The notes beneath the pieces are model-generated. The model did not search any database, was not told the DNA's origin, and was given only the letters and a program-made list of their open reading frames with translations. A stretch of 64,000 bases of DNA from an uncultured Alphaproteobacteria bacterium. GTDB taxonomy: Bacteria; Pseudomonadota; Alphaproteobacteria; HIMB59; GCA-002718135. The stretch spans positions 145 to 64,144 of the forward strand of contig CACGUF010000002.1 of NCBI GenBank assembly GCA_902576125.1, in the 5' to 3' direction. Every line of letters starts with the position of its first letter. Position 1 is the stretch's first letter. Positions 45,084 through 55,367 of the stretch are shown here, piece after piece. Position numbers and translations under genes: made by a program.

Positions 45084-46004
45084 TTAGCTATAAATGTAAA
45101 ACATATAACCAATATATAATAGCAAACCTATAGACCCATAAGTTCTGCCGATTCTTTTTAAAAAAAACATAAATCCTAAGATCATGACAGTTACAAATAA
45201 CATAAAGAGTAAATCCTCAGATCCTATTACTGATGGTATGCTAAAGTTTCCAAAAAAAGAAGAAACGCCTAATACGCCCAAGATATTATAAATATTTGAT
45301 CCCAAAACATTACCGAGAGCAAAATCAACTTTACGTCTAATTGCTGATAAAATTCCAACTACTAGTTCAGGAAGTGAAGTACCAAATGCAACTAATGATA
45401 CACCTATTATAGCTTCTGGAATATTTAATTCATTTGCAATATTAATTGCTGATTTAACAAAAAGATCTGATCCATAAATGAGCAATACTATTCCAACTAA
45501 AATTAATATTATTGATATTATAAGAGAATAATCACCTTTTTCCTCAACATCAGATACATCAAGTGAGCCCTGTTTAACTTGCATGTACATAATAAAAAAT
45601 AAAAGACCAATAGATAAAATGCCAAAAAGGAAATTAAAAGGTAAGATTAAAAAGCTCATAGCTATTAAAACTAAAGCCAAGAAAATGTTTATCCAAGCTT
45701 GGTTAATTTGATTTTGGTTAATATTACTAATAGGAATTAAAAAAGATGTTGCGGCCATTACAAGTATTAAATTAGCAATATTACTTCCGATAACAGCACC
45801 GACAGCTAAATCAGCATGATTTATAACTACAGCATTAATACTACTTGCTAATTCTGGTAAAGATGTTCCCCCAGCAATAATAACTACACCAATAGCAAAT
45901 AATGAAACTTTTAATTTTTTTCCAAAACTAATTGAACCTCTAATAATTAGTTCAGCACCAAAAACAAGCAGACCTAAACCTATAAACAAAAAAATTAAAT
46001 TCAC
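45084..46004 (-). CDS. Ca2+/Na+ antiporter family (CaCA, YrbG-like) membrane protein
   Basis: Two alpha-repeat motifs (GTSLPELASS... and GTSLPELVVG... with GSNI(A/Y)N) within about 10 TM helices. Confidence 0.8.
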   Translation of the reverse strand: MNLIFLFIGLGLLVFGAELIIRGSISFGKKLKVSLFAIGVVIIAGGTSLPELASSINAVVINHADLAVGAVIGSNIANLILVMAATSFLIPISNINQNQINQAWINIFLALVLIAMSFLILPFNFLFGILSIGLLFFIMYMQVKQGSLDVSDVEEKGDYSLIISIILILVGIVLLIYGSDLFVKSAINIANELNIPEAIIGVSLVAFGTSLPELVVGILSAIRRKVDFALGNVLGSNIYNILGVLGVSSFFGNFSIPSVIGSEDLLFMLFVTVMILGFMFFLKRIGRTYGSIGLLLYIGYMFYIYS

Positions 46005-46078
46005 ATGTTCTTTTTAATTTATTTTGTAAAAAAAGATATAAGCAAAGATTAGTCAATGATTATTGGAGATCAATAAGT

Positions 46079-47855
46079 TTATTGAACGACAGTATCCTTA
46101 CTATTAATACCAGCAACTTCAACCGGTGCTTTCATTGCATCCCTTCTAAATGGCTCACCAAGCTCTTGATTTAGAATGACTTCAATAAAAGTTGTAATAC
46201 CATTCATTTGATCAACACATGATGCTTTAAGAGCTTCTGTTAACTCTGATTGAGTTGTCACTTTAACGCCTTTAAAGCCGCATGCTTCTGCAATTTTTGC
46301 ATAACTTAATTTTGGATCAAGTTCTGTTCCAATAAAGTTATTATCGTACCAAAGGGTGGTATTTCTTTTCTCTGCACCCCATTGATAATTTCGAAATATA
46401 ACCATTGTAATATTTGGCCACTCTTCTCGACTACATGAAGTCATCTCACTCATACTAATTCCAAAAGCACCGTCTCCTGAAAAACCTACAACTGGAGTAT
46501 TAGGACAACCAATTTTTGCACCTAAAACAGATGGAAAGCCATACCCGCAAGGTCCAAATAAACCTGGAGCTAAATATTTTCTTCCTTGTTCAAAAGTAGG
46601 ATAAGCATTACCAATAGCACAGTTATTTCCAATATCACTTGAAATTATAGCATCTTCTGGCAATCCTACTTGAATAGCTCTCCAAGCCATACGAGGAGAC
46701 ATCCTATCTGGGTCTCTCTCCCTTGAGTCTTTATTCCAAGTAGTCCCTTCATCATCCTCTTCATGATCTAGACTTGTTAGTGTTTGAAGCCATGCAGATT
46801 TAGTCTGATGTATTAGAGCTTTTCTGTCTTCTCTTCCACTATCCCCTGCAGTTGAAGATAATTGACTTAGAATTTGTTGGGCAACGAGTTTAGCATCACC
46901 ACAAATTCCTATTGAGATTTTTTTTGCTAAACCAATTCTATCAGAGTTAAAATCAACCTGAATTATTTTTGCCTCTTTTGGCCAATAGTCAATTCCATAA
47001 CCAGGTAGTGTTGAGAAGGGGTTTAATCTTGTGCCAAGAGCTAGAACTACATCGGCTTTAGAAATAATTTCCATTGCTGCTTTAGATCCATTGTATCCAA
47101 GCGGACCCACAGCAAGCGGATGTTTTCCTGGAAAACTATCATTGTGTTGATATCCGCAAGCAACAGGAGCATCTAATTTTTCTGCAATTTTTTTTGCAAT
47201 CTTCAATAGCATCAGCAAGAACTACACCTGCTCCAGATAATATTACTGGAAATTTTGCATTTGATAAAAGTTTTGCAGCCTCATTTATTGCTGTGGCTCC
47301 TCCAGAAGGTCTTTCAAATTCAATTATAGAAGGCAATTCAATATCAACAACTTGGGTCCAAAAATCTCGTGGAACATTTATTTGAGCCGGTGCTGATCCT
47401 CTTTTAGCCTTTAATATTACTCTATTCAATACTTCTGCCATTCTAGATGCGTCACGAACTTCTTCTTGATAACATACCATATCTTTAAATAAGTTCATTT
47501 GTTCTACTTCTTGAAAACCACCTTGACCCATTGTTTTATTTGCTGCTTGAGGAGTAACCAAAAGCATTGGAGTGTGATTCCAATATGCTGTTTTTATTGG
47601 AGTTACTAAACCTGTTATACCCGGACCATTTTGTGCAATACACATAGCAACTTTACCGGTAGATCTTGTGTAACCGTCAGCGATTAACCCTCCATTGGAC
47701 TCATGTGCAACATCCCAAAAAGTTATCCCTGCTTTTGGAAAAAGATCAGAAATTGGCATAAATGCTGAACCTATTATTCCAAAAGAATGTTGTATTCCGT
47801 GCATTTGTAAGACTTTTACAAAAGCTTCTTCTGTAGTCATTTTAGCCATCTTCAA
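46079..47855 (-). pseudogene. xsc: Sulfoacetaldehyde acetyltransferase-like ThDP enzyme, interrupted by a +1 frameshift in an 8-nt homopolymer
   Basis: Track ORFs 47139..47855 and 46079..47218 are the N- and C-terminal parts of one ThDP enzyme. The N-terminus MTTEEAFVKVLQMHGIQHSFGIIGSAFMPISDLFPKAGITFWD resembles Xsc. Removing one T from the T8 run at 47188-47195 joins ...DAIEDCKK to IAEKLDAPVACGYQ.... Confidence 0.75.
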
Positions 47856-47957
47856 ATCTCCAATTAATATATTATGTTATCTATTTAGACATATTTATAA
47901 AATTTAAATTTTGGACTATAATAATTTGACAGCATAATCTAGAAAATTAATTAGATA

Positions 47958-49844
47958 ATGAATAAAAAAAATGAAAAATCAGGAAAGATCATAGAAGATG
48001 CTCAATATAATTTAAAAGGTCAGGATATAATTAAATTTATTGCTAAAACACTACCTCATCAACCAGGAGTTTATCAAATGGAGGATGATGAAGGAAAAAT
48101 TTTATATATTGGAAAAGCTAAGAATCTTGCAAAAAGAGTAATTAATTATACTTCATTAAATAATCTTACTCGTCGTTTACAAAGAATGGTGAGCTTAACA
48201 AAAAAAATGAATTTTTTTGTTACTAATACTGAAATAGAAGCCCTTCTACTCGAATGTAATTTAATTAAAAGACATAAGCCGCGTTTTAATATTATTCTAA
48301 GAGATGATAAATCTTTTCCTTATATTTTAATTAATAATGAGTATCAATTTCCTCGACTCCAAAAATATCGTGGTGCAAAAAAAATAAGAGGTGATTATTT
48401 TGGTCCGTTTGTTTCACCCTCAGTTGCTGATTATACTTTGATAGCTCTTCAGAAAGCTTTTCTCTTAAGAAGTTGTTCTGAAGGTATTTTTAAAAACAGA
48501 TCTCGACCATGCTTATTATTTGATATCAAAAGATGTAGTGGGCCCTGTGTAGATTATATTGATCAAAAGAAATATAAAGAAAGCATTGATGATGCAAAAA
48601 AATTTTTAAAAGGTAACACAAAAAAAATTGAAAAAAAATTAACTGCTAAAATGAAGATAGCTAGCAAAAATCAGATGTTTGAAGAAGCAGCGCGTCTTAG
48701 AGATAGAATTAAATCAGTAAATCAAATTCAAAAGTATCAGTCTGTATATATAAAAGATATGCGCAATATTGATATATTTGCAATAAAACTAAATGACAAC
48801 AAAAGTTGTATTCATGGAAAATTTTATAGAAACGGAAGCAATTATGGAAATAAATCTTTTTTTCCTTCTCATGAAGAATCAAGTGAAGCTAAAGAAATTC
48901 TCGAGTCTTTTTTATATCAATTTTATGCAGACAAGGATGTGCCTCCAAAAATTTTAGTTAATATTGATGAAAAATTATTTAAAGAGGTAGAAATAACATT
49001 AAATAAAAAAAATAACTCAAAAACTAAAATTTTTAAACCTAAGTCAGGTGAAAAATTACAACACATTTTGCTTGCAGAAAAAAATGCTTTTGAGAGTATA
49101 AAATTAAAAAAAACAAGTATTGAGTCTCATCTTTCAGCACTAAGTGCGTTATCAAAATTATTCAACATATCAGATAATATTAATAGAATTGAAGTTTACG
49201 ATAACAGTCATACTTTTGGTAAAAATGCTGTAGGAGTTATGATTGTTGCTGACAAAGAAGGTATGAGTCCCAAACATTATCGTAAATTTAATATTCGATA
49301 TGATCTTAAAGATAAAAAAATTTCAAAAATTGATGATTATTATATGATGGAAGAAGTTCTCAGTAGACGCCTTTCAAAAATTAATCAAAAAGAAAATACC
49401 ATAGAGCCAAATGTGATTATTATTGATGGTGGACGAGGTCAATATAATAGTGTTCAGAAAATTCTCAAAAAATATAAGTTAAAAAACATACAATTATTGA
49501 GTATATCTAAAGGGTCTAACAGAAATGCAGGGAGAGAGATTATTCATCTTGAAAATAAAGATATAAACTTAAAACCAAATGATACTTTACTGAATTTTAT
49601 TCAGAGATTAAGAGATGAAGCTCATAGATTTGCAATTACTTCACATAGAGCAAGAAGATCAAAATCTTCTTTTAAATCTGTTTTTGAAGAAATCAAAGGC
49701 ATAGGACCAAAGAGAAAAAAAGAGCTCCTTCTGCATTTTGGTACACTTCAAAAGATAAAATCTGCTTCATTGAAAGAACTTAAAAAGATAAAATCTATTC
49801 CAGATAAGAAACTCGAGGATATATACGAATTTTTTAATAGCTAA
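47958..49844 (+). CDS. uvrC: Excinuclease ABC subunit C
   Basis: GIY-YIG N-terminus (GVYQM...ILYIGKAKNL), a UvrBC-interaction region, and a C-terminal HhH (GIGPKRKKELL). Confidence 0.9.
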   Translation: MNKKNEKSGKIIEDAQYNLKGQDIIKFIAKTLPHQPGVYQMEDDEGKILYIGKAKNLAKRVINYTSLNNLTRRLQRMVSLTKKMNFFVTNTEIEALLLECNLIKRHKPRFNIILRDDKSFPYILINNEYQFPRLQKYRGAKKIRGDYFGPFVSPSVADYTLIALQKAFLLRSCSEGIFKNRSRPCLLFDIKRCSGPCVDYIDQKKYKESIDDAKKFLKGNTKKIEKKLTAKMKIASKNQMFEEAARLRDRIKSVNQIQKYQSVYIKDMRNIDIFAIKLNDNKSCIHGKFYRNGSNYGNKSFFPSHEESSEAKEILESFLYQFYADKDVPPKILVNIDEKLFKEVEITLNKKNNSKTKIFKPKSGEKLQHILLAEKNAFESIKLKKTSIESHLSALSALSKLFNISDNINRIEVYDNSHTFGKNAVGVMIVADKEGMSPKHYRKFNIRYDLKDKKISKIDDYYMMEEVLSRRLSKINQKENTIEPNVIIIDGGRGQYNSVQKILKKYKLKNIQLLSISKGSNRNAGREIIHLENKDINLKPNDTLLNFIQRLRDEAHRFAITSHRARRSKSSFKSVFEEIKGIGPKRKKELLLHFGTLQKIKSASLKELKKIKSIPDKKLEDIYEFFNS

Positions 49845-49872
49845 TAGGTTAAACTTAATCTAAAAAAAATTA

Positions 49873-50421
49873 ATGAAAATAAATATTTCAAATATTCTTA
49901 CTATAACTAGAATAATAATAATTCCTATAATTGTTTTGTGTATATATCTTAAAGATCCTTTTTATGGATGGATAGCTTTTGTACTTTTCTGTCTAGCAAG
50001 TATAACTGACTATTTTGATGGTTATATTGCTCGTATAAGAAATGAAGTAACTAACTTTGGAACCTTCCTCGATCCAATAGCAGATAAACTATTAGTTGCA
50101 GCAGTAATTTTAATTTTAACTTCAAAAGAAGTTATAGCTGATTGGGAGACTATTCCAGCTTTAATAATATTACTAAGAGAAATAGCTGTATCCGGATTAA
50201 GAGAATATCTGGCAAAAATAAAGGTTAGTGTTCCCGTGTCAAGAATCGCTAAAATAAAAACATCTATTCAATTAATTGCTCTAGCTTTTTTAATACTTAG
50301 TGAGAGTGTAATTACGATAGTTCCAATTATTATAATTGGAAAATTTGCATTATGGACTGCAGGAATATTAACATTGTATACAGGATATGACTATCTTAAA
50401 TCTGGCCTAAGGCATTTTTAA
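49873..50421 (+). CDS. pgsA: CDP-diacylglycerol--glycerol-3-phosphate 3-phosphatidyltransferase
   Basis: CDP-alcohol phosphatidyltransferase motif DYFDGYIAR...G..LDPIADK. Confidence 0.85.
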   Translation: MKINISNILTITRIIIIPIIVLCIYLKDPFYGWIAFVLFCLASITDYFDGYIARIRNEVTNFGTFLDPIADKLLVAAVILILTSKEVIADWETIPALIILLREIAVSGLREYLAKIKVSVPVSRIAKIKTSIQLIALAFLILSESVITIVPIIIIGKFALWTAGILTLYTGYDYLKSGLRHF

Positions 50422-50667
50422 ATGAAAATAAAATATTTCGCCTGGATTAAAGATATAACTAATAATGATGAGGAAGAAATAAATTCAGAAGAAATTAATA
50501 ATTTAGATGATCTTAAAACATTTATGAAAAAAAAATATCCTGATTTAAAAAAATACTTGGATAAAGAAATATTAAGATTTGCAGTAAATCAAGAATATAT
50601 AATAAATAACATAAATCTAGATATAAATGATGAAATAGCAATTTTTCCTCCAGTAAGTGGGGGTTAA
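50422..50667 (+). CDS. moaD: Molybdopterin synthase sulfur-carrier subunit
   Basis: 81-aa ThiS/MoaD-like protein ending in GG, immediately upstream of moaE. Confidence 0.75.
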   Translation: MKIKYFAWIKDITNNDEEEINSEEINNLDDLKTFMKKKYPDLKKYLDKEILRFAVNQEYIINNINLDINDEIAIFPPVSGG

Positions 50668-51083
50668 TGATTAAAATTCAAAAAGAGGATTTTAACGCAG
50701 AGAATGAAATTGATAAAATAAAAAATCTATATTCTAATGTAGGCGCTATATCATCTTTCACTGGATATGTAAGAAATGAGAATAATAATAGAAAAGTCAA
50801 CTCAATAAATTTAGAAGTTTATAAAGATATGGCATATAAACAGTTTGAGAAAATAATTAATGAAGCTAAAATGAAATGGAAACTTATAGATTGCTTAATT
50901 ATTCATCGATATGGAAAATTAGATATTAACAGTAAAATTGTTTTAGTTTCTTGCTTTGCACAGCACAGGAAAGATAGTTTTGAGTCATGTAATTTTATTA
51001 TGGATTATCTAAAAAAAGATGCGCCATTTTGGAAGAATGAATTCTATGAAAATTCAAATGAATGGTTAGCAAATTCTAATTAG
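50667..51083 (+). CDS. moaE: Molybdopterin synthase catalytic subunit
   Basis: MoaE-like layout (GAISSFTGYVRN, HRYGKL, APFWKNE). Confidence 0.8.
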   Translation: MIKIQKEDFNAENEIDKIKNLYSNVGAISSFTGYVRNENNNRKVNSINLEVYKDMAYKQFEKIINEAKMKWKLIDCLIIHRYGKLDINSKIVLVSCFAQHRKDSFESCNFIMDYLKKDAPFWKNEFYENSNEWLANSN

Positions 51084-51960
51084 TGTTTTTAACCATTTCA
51101 CTGAAATCACCCATAAATTTAAAAGTTGTTGAATTGTCACCTGTGGTGAAATTTACAGCATCAATTGATTTTATCGGTGTTATTTCTGCTGCTGTTCCTG
51201 TTAGAAAAGCTTCATCATAATTATCAATTTCATTTGGTAATATGTATTTTTCTGTAATTTTGTATCCTTGTTTGGTAACCATTTTAATAACTGCTTGGCG
51301 AGTAATACCATTTAAAAAACAATCAGGAATTGGTGTATGAATTTCTTTATCTTTGATAAAAAAAATATTTGCTCCAGTACCCTCAGCCACATAGCCTCTA
51401 TAGTCTAACATTAGAGCATCATGATACCCATTTTTTTCAGCATATTCCTTCGACATTGTACATATAATGTAAGGTCCAGAAGCTTTAGCTTCATAAGGAG
51501 CTGTATCTGGTGCAGGTCTTTTCCATGGTGAAGTAATTAATCTTAAACCAGCTTTTCTATCTTCAATTTTAAAATAAGATGCCCAGTCATCCCAAACTGC
51601 TATTGCAACATTTATATTAGAATGAGTTGTTGAAATTCCCATTTGCTCACCCCCCCTCCAAGCAAGTGGTCTAACGTAACAATCTTTATAATTCATTTTA
51701 TTAATAAGTTGATTCTTAGCTTCATTTATTTCTTCTTTAGTGAAAGGAATATTAATTCCAATAATTTTTGCAGAATTAAAAAATCTATCTGTATGTTCCT
51801 CAGATTTAAAAATTTTTCCATTATATGATCTTTCTCCCTCAAAAACTGCACTTGCATAATGCAATCCCTGAGAAATTATATGAGATGTAGCATTCTTCCA
51901 TGGAATAAATTCACCATTCATCCAAATCCAACCATCTCTTTTTTCAAATGATTTACTCAT
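51076..51960 (-). CDS. ilvE: Branched-chain amino acid aminotransferase (class IV)
   Basis: Class IV aminotransferase pattern (LHYASAVFEG.R.Y, EGTGANIFF, GITR). Confidence 0.85.
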   Translation of the reverse strand: MSKSFEKRDGWIWMNGEFIPWKNATSHIISQGLHYASAVFEGERSYNGKIFKSEEHTDRFFNSAKIIGINIPFTKEEINEAKNQLINKMNYKDCYVRPLAWRGGEQMGISTTHSNINVAIAVWDDWASYFKIEDRKAGLRLITSPWKRPAPDTAPYEAKASGPYIICTMSKEYAEKNGYHDALMLDYRGYVAEGTGANIFFIKDKEIHTPIPDCFLNGITRQAVIKMVTKQGYKITEKYILPNEIDNYDEAFLTGTAAEITPIKSIDAVNFTTGDNSTTFKFMGDFSEMVKNTN

Positions 51961-52022
51961 AAATTACTTCAATAATTTTTTTTAATGACAATTGACTATC
52001 AGTGATGCATAATTAAGTCAAT

Positions 52023-52508
52023 ATGGCTGACCTAAATAATTTATTATCACCTTTTTTTTTGAATGATAAAGAAGTAAGAAAAGTTATCGAACTTCTATTT
52101 TTTTCATATAGAGATTTTACTTCTGGACCTGATAAAATTCTAGAAAAATTAAATTTTGGTAGAGCTCATCATCGAGTGATATATTTTGTTGGAAAGAAAA
52201 ATCATATTACAATTAAAGAACTTTTAGGTGTTTTACAAATAACTAAACAAAGTCTTTCAAGGGTACTTAATCAACTAGTAAATGAAAAATTTATTATAGT
52301 TTCAACTGGTTTTGACAAAAGAACAAAAAAATTATCTCTTACTGAAAAAGGTAAAAAACTTGAAAATGAATTATCAACAATTCAAATAAATAAAATTAGA
52401 GGTGTGATAAATGAATTTAGTGAAGAAGATATAAATGGTTTTAAACAAATACTATATGAAATGATAGAAGTAGATAATAAAAAAACATTTCAAGAAATAA
52501 ATGATTAA
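52023..52508 (+). CDS. MarR-family transcriptional regulator
   Basis: Winged-helix region ITIKELLGVLQITKQSLSRVLNQLVNEKFI...DKRTKKLSLTEKG. Confidence 0.75.
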   Translation: MADLNNLLSPFFLNDKEVRKVIELLFFSYRDFTSGPDKILEKLNFGRAHHRVIYFVGKKNHITIKELLGVLQITKQSLSRVLNQLVNEKFIIVSTGFDKRTKKLSLTEKGKKLENELSTIQINKIRGVINEFSEEDINGFKQILYEMIEVDNKKTFQEIND

Positions 52509-52510
52509 AG

Positions 52511-53191
52511 ATGAACAGAACTATTCTATTAGTGGATGATGATCAAAGATTGAGAGATTTAATAAAAGATTATTTAAGTGAAAAAAACCTAAATATATTT
52601 ACTTGTCAAGATTTTGCAGAAGCTAAAGAAGTAATAAAATTTTTTATTTTTGATTTAATAATTTTGGATAGAATGATGCCCACTGGAGATGGTGTTGAAT
52701 TAATTTCATATATAAAAAACAAATCTAATACCCCTGTTATTATGTTAACAGCCATGGGAGAACATGACAATAAGATTCATGGTTTAAAAACTGGATCTGA
52801 TGATTATATTACAAAACCTTTTGAGCCAGAAGAATTATATCTTCGCATTATAAAATTGTTAAAATTGTATGAAAATATTAATCAATCTGAATTACGTATT
52901 GAGTTTGGAGATTTTATTTTTGATACAAAAACTCAAGATCTTAAAAAAAATAATAAAGAAATTTATTTAACTGAAGGTGAAAATAAGCTTCTAATAAAAT
53001 TAATTAATAAAAGAAATAATCTACTTTCAAGAGAAGAATTAGCTGAAAAAGAATTTGATGAAAGTGAATTAAGAAAAGTAGATGTAGGTATAACTAGATT
53101 ACGTCAAAAAATTGAAAAAATACCAAAAAAACCCCAATTCATAAAAACTATAAGAGGTAAAGGTTATATGTTAGTTTGCAGAGAAATATGA
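52511..53191 (+). CDS. OmpR-family two-component response regulator
   Basis: Receiver domain (LLVDDD, phospho-acceptor in LIILDRMMP, conserved K in ITKPF) and a winged-helix output domain (TIRGKGY). Confidence 0.85.
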   Translation: MNRTILLVDDDQRLRDLIKDYLSEKNLNIFTCQDFAEAKEVIKFFIFDLIILDRMMPTGDGVELISYIKNKSNTPVIMLTAMGEHDNKIHGLKTGSDDYITKPFEPEELYLRIIKLLKLYENINQSELRIEFGDFIFDTKTQDLKKNNKEIYLTEGENKLLIKLINKRNNLLSREELAEKEFDESELRKVDVGITRLRQKIEKIPKKPQFIKTIRGKGYMLVCREI

Positions 53192-54487
53192 TTTTTAAAA
53201 AAATTATACCCCTGTCATTACTAGGAAGATCAATAATTATTATTTTTGTACCAATTATTGTACTGGTAATAATTACTTCAATAATTTTTTATCAAACTTC
53301 TTGGAATATTATTTCAAAAAGATTAACTCAATCAGTTGTGGCAGATATAAATGTACTTGTAAAACTAATTGACAAAAATCTGGAATTTGAAGCAAGACAA
53401 ATAGCTAAAGAAGATTTTAAAATGAAAATTAAAATTGAAGATAATGCAAATATGAGTGCAAATTCTTATAAAGAGCAAAGAGGTATTTTATCAAATAGAC
53501 TCAAACAATCACTTATTGATCTTAGTATTCCATTTGTTTACGATTTAAGTAATATTGATGAGGGTGTCGAAATAATTTTGCAAATAAATGAAAAAAAATT
53601 TTTATTAATTAATGTAGATAAAGATAGACTATACAGCGAAACAGCTTTTGTTTTTTTTGTTATGGATGATATTTGCTTCAATTCTTCTTTTATTTTTTTC
53701 CTATTTTTTTATGAATAAACAAATCCGACCTCTCAAAAGATTGTCGATTATAGCTGAAACATTTGGAAGAGGTTTAGATGCTCCAGAATTAAAAGCAACA
53801 GGAGCATCAGAAATTAAACAAACAGCAAATGCATTTAATCAAATGAGAACAAGAATTAAAAGATTTTTAAAACAAAGAACTGATATGCTAGCAGGAGTAA
53901 GTCATGATCTTCGAACACCTTTAACAAGAATGAAACTTCAATTATCTCTTCTAAAAGATGAAAAAGCAAAAAAAGAATTAGAGTTAGATATCAATGAAAT
54001 GACAGCAATGCTTGACAGTTATGTTAGCTTTGTAAGGTCTGAGGCACCTGAGCCAATTGAAAATATTAATTTAAATAAATTAATAAAAGATATAATTAAA
54101 AATATAGACTCAAAAAAATATGGTATTAATTTTTTAGAAAAAAATATAATTAAAACTTCAGGAAGGCCACTACAATTAAAAAGAGCTATTCAAAATATAA
54201 TTGATAATTCTCTGAGATATTCAGATAAACTAAATATTGAAATTTTATTAAGTAATGATGGCTGCATATTAATTATAGAAGATAATGGCCCAGGCATTCC
54301 TGATAAAAATTACGAAGATGTCTTCAAGCCATTTTTCTCGTTAGATCCTTCTCGCAATAAGCTAAAAGGTGAAAGTGGTTTGGGCTTATCTATAACAAGA
54401 GATATTATTAGATCCCACGGGGGTGAGATAAAATTATCAAAATCTAGTTACGGAGGCTTAAAATCACTAATTCAACTTCCAATTTAA
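53188..54487 (+). pseudogene. EnvZ/ChvG-like sensor histidine kinase, interrupted by a +1 frameshift in an 8-nt homopolymer
   Basis: Track ORF 53176..53718 encodes TM1 plus the periplasmic domain. Track ORF 53648..54487 encodes TM2, HAMP, the H-box SHDLRTPLT and the N/G boxes (DNSLRY, DNGPGIP, GLGLSI). Together they form one kinase if one T is removed from the T8 run at 53651-53658. The ATG at 53188 overlaps the regulator stop as ATGA. Confidence 0.75.
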
Positions 54488-54825
54488 AAGAGTTTCCCTC
54501 CATTTGGTACAAATTTATTTGGTTCAATAATTACAGGTTCACCATTATTATCTGGAAATCCTAAAACTAGTACTTCAGACATTAAATTACCAATTTGTTT
54601 TGGTTTAAAATTTACTACTGCTGAGACTTGCTTATTTATTAAATCATTTGGATTATAATTTTCGGTAAGTTGAGCAGAGCTTTTTTTTATTCCAATTTTT
54701 TTTCCAAAATCAATCTCTAAAATAATAGACGGTTTTTTGAGTTTCAAATTAACTTCAGCTGAAATAACTGTTCCAACCCTAATATCTACTTTCTCAAAAT
54801 CTTGATATTGAATGATTTCTGTCAC
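54484..54825 (-). CDS. tRNA-binding domain protein (CsaA/EMAP-like OB fold)
   Basis: FEKVDIRVGTVISAE and a later LMSEVLVLGF block are typical of CsaA-type tRNA-binding proteins. Confidence 0.7.
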   Translation of the reverse strand: MTEIIQYQDFEKVDIRVGTVISAEVNLKLKKPSIILEIDFGKKIGIKKSSAQLTENYNPNDLINKQVSAVVNFKPKQIGNLMSEVLVLGFPDNNGEPVIIEPNKFVPNGGKLF

Positions 54826-55367
54826 TTTAGATATTTACTTAATTTTTCAGCTTGGTCTAGATTTTTATCAAGTGCATTCATAGTTTTTTCTAAAGAAGAA
54901 GTCTTGTCATCAATCCAAGAGTAGAATGTAATAAGATATATGATAAAAAGACCTTTCAATCTAACTGCACCTCTTAATCCATTAACATTGAATTCAGCTA
55001 ATTCTGCTGTAACTATCATACTCTCCAGAAATGAAGGAAAGAGTTTTAGTATTTTTTTTGGAGATTTTTTAAATGCTTCAAATATTTTTAAGAAGGAAAC
55101 TTTGTTTTCCTGCAAAATATCAAATCTTGCCATTAATACTTCAAATAACATATCCTTAGTACTTGAACTTTCTAAAGTTTTTGTATTTTGAATTAATTGA
55201 TTATCTACATATCTATTTATAATCTTCAACAGATCTAATTTGGAATTAATTAATTTTTGTTTTTTTAAATTTTTGTCAAGCACATCATCTAAAGATAATT
55301 TTTCCCAGGACTTATTATGAAGTTTTTTTAGAGTATTTTCAGCAATTTTTTTTTCTACATCAATCAT
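54822..55367 (-). CDS. Conserved hypothetical helical protein (possibly a TetR-C/COQ9-like fold)
   Basis: 181-aa ORF translationally coupled to both neighbours. There is only weak resemblance (W..D.S...TM.ALD) to COQ9-like proteins, so no function is assigned. Confidence 0.4.
   Translation of the reverse strand: MIDVEKKIAENTLKKLHNKSWEKLSLDDVLDKNLKKQKLINSKLDLLKIINRYVDNQLIQNTKTLESSSTKDMLFEVLMARFDILQENKVSFLKIFEAFKKSPKKILKLFPSFLESMIVTAELAEFNVNGLRGAVRLKGLFIIYLITFYSWIDDKTSSLEKTMNALDKNLDQAEKLSKYLK

Noticed and set aside
46079-47855. Treating the two ThDP-enzyme ORFs as separate genes (for example large and small fragments of acetolactate synthase)
   Set aside because: They overlap by 80 nt and are collinear with a single-polypeptide enzyme family. 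They become one frame if a single base is removed from a homopolymer.
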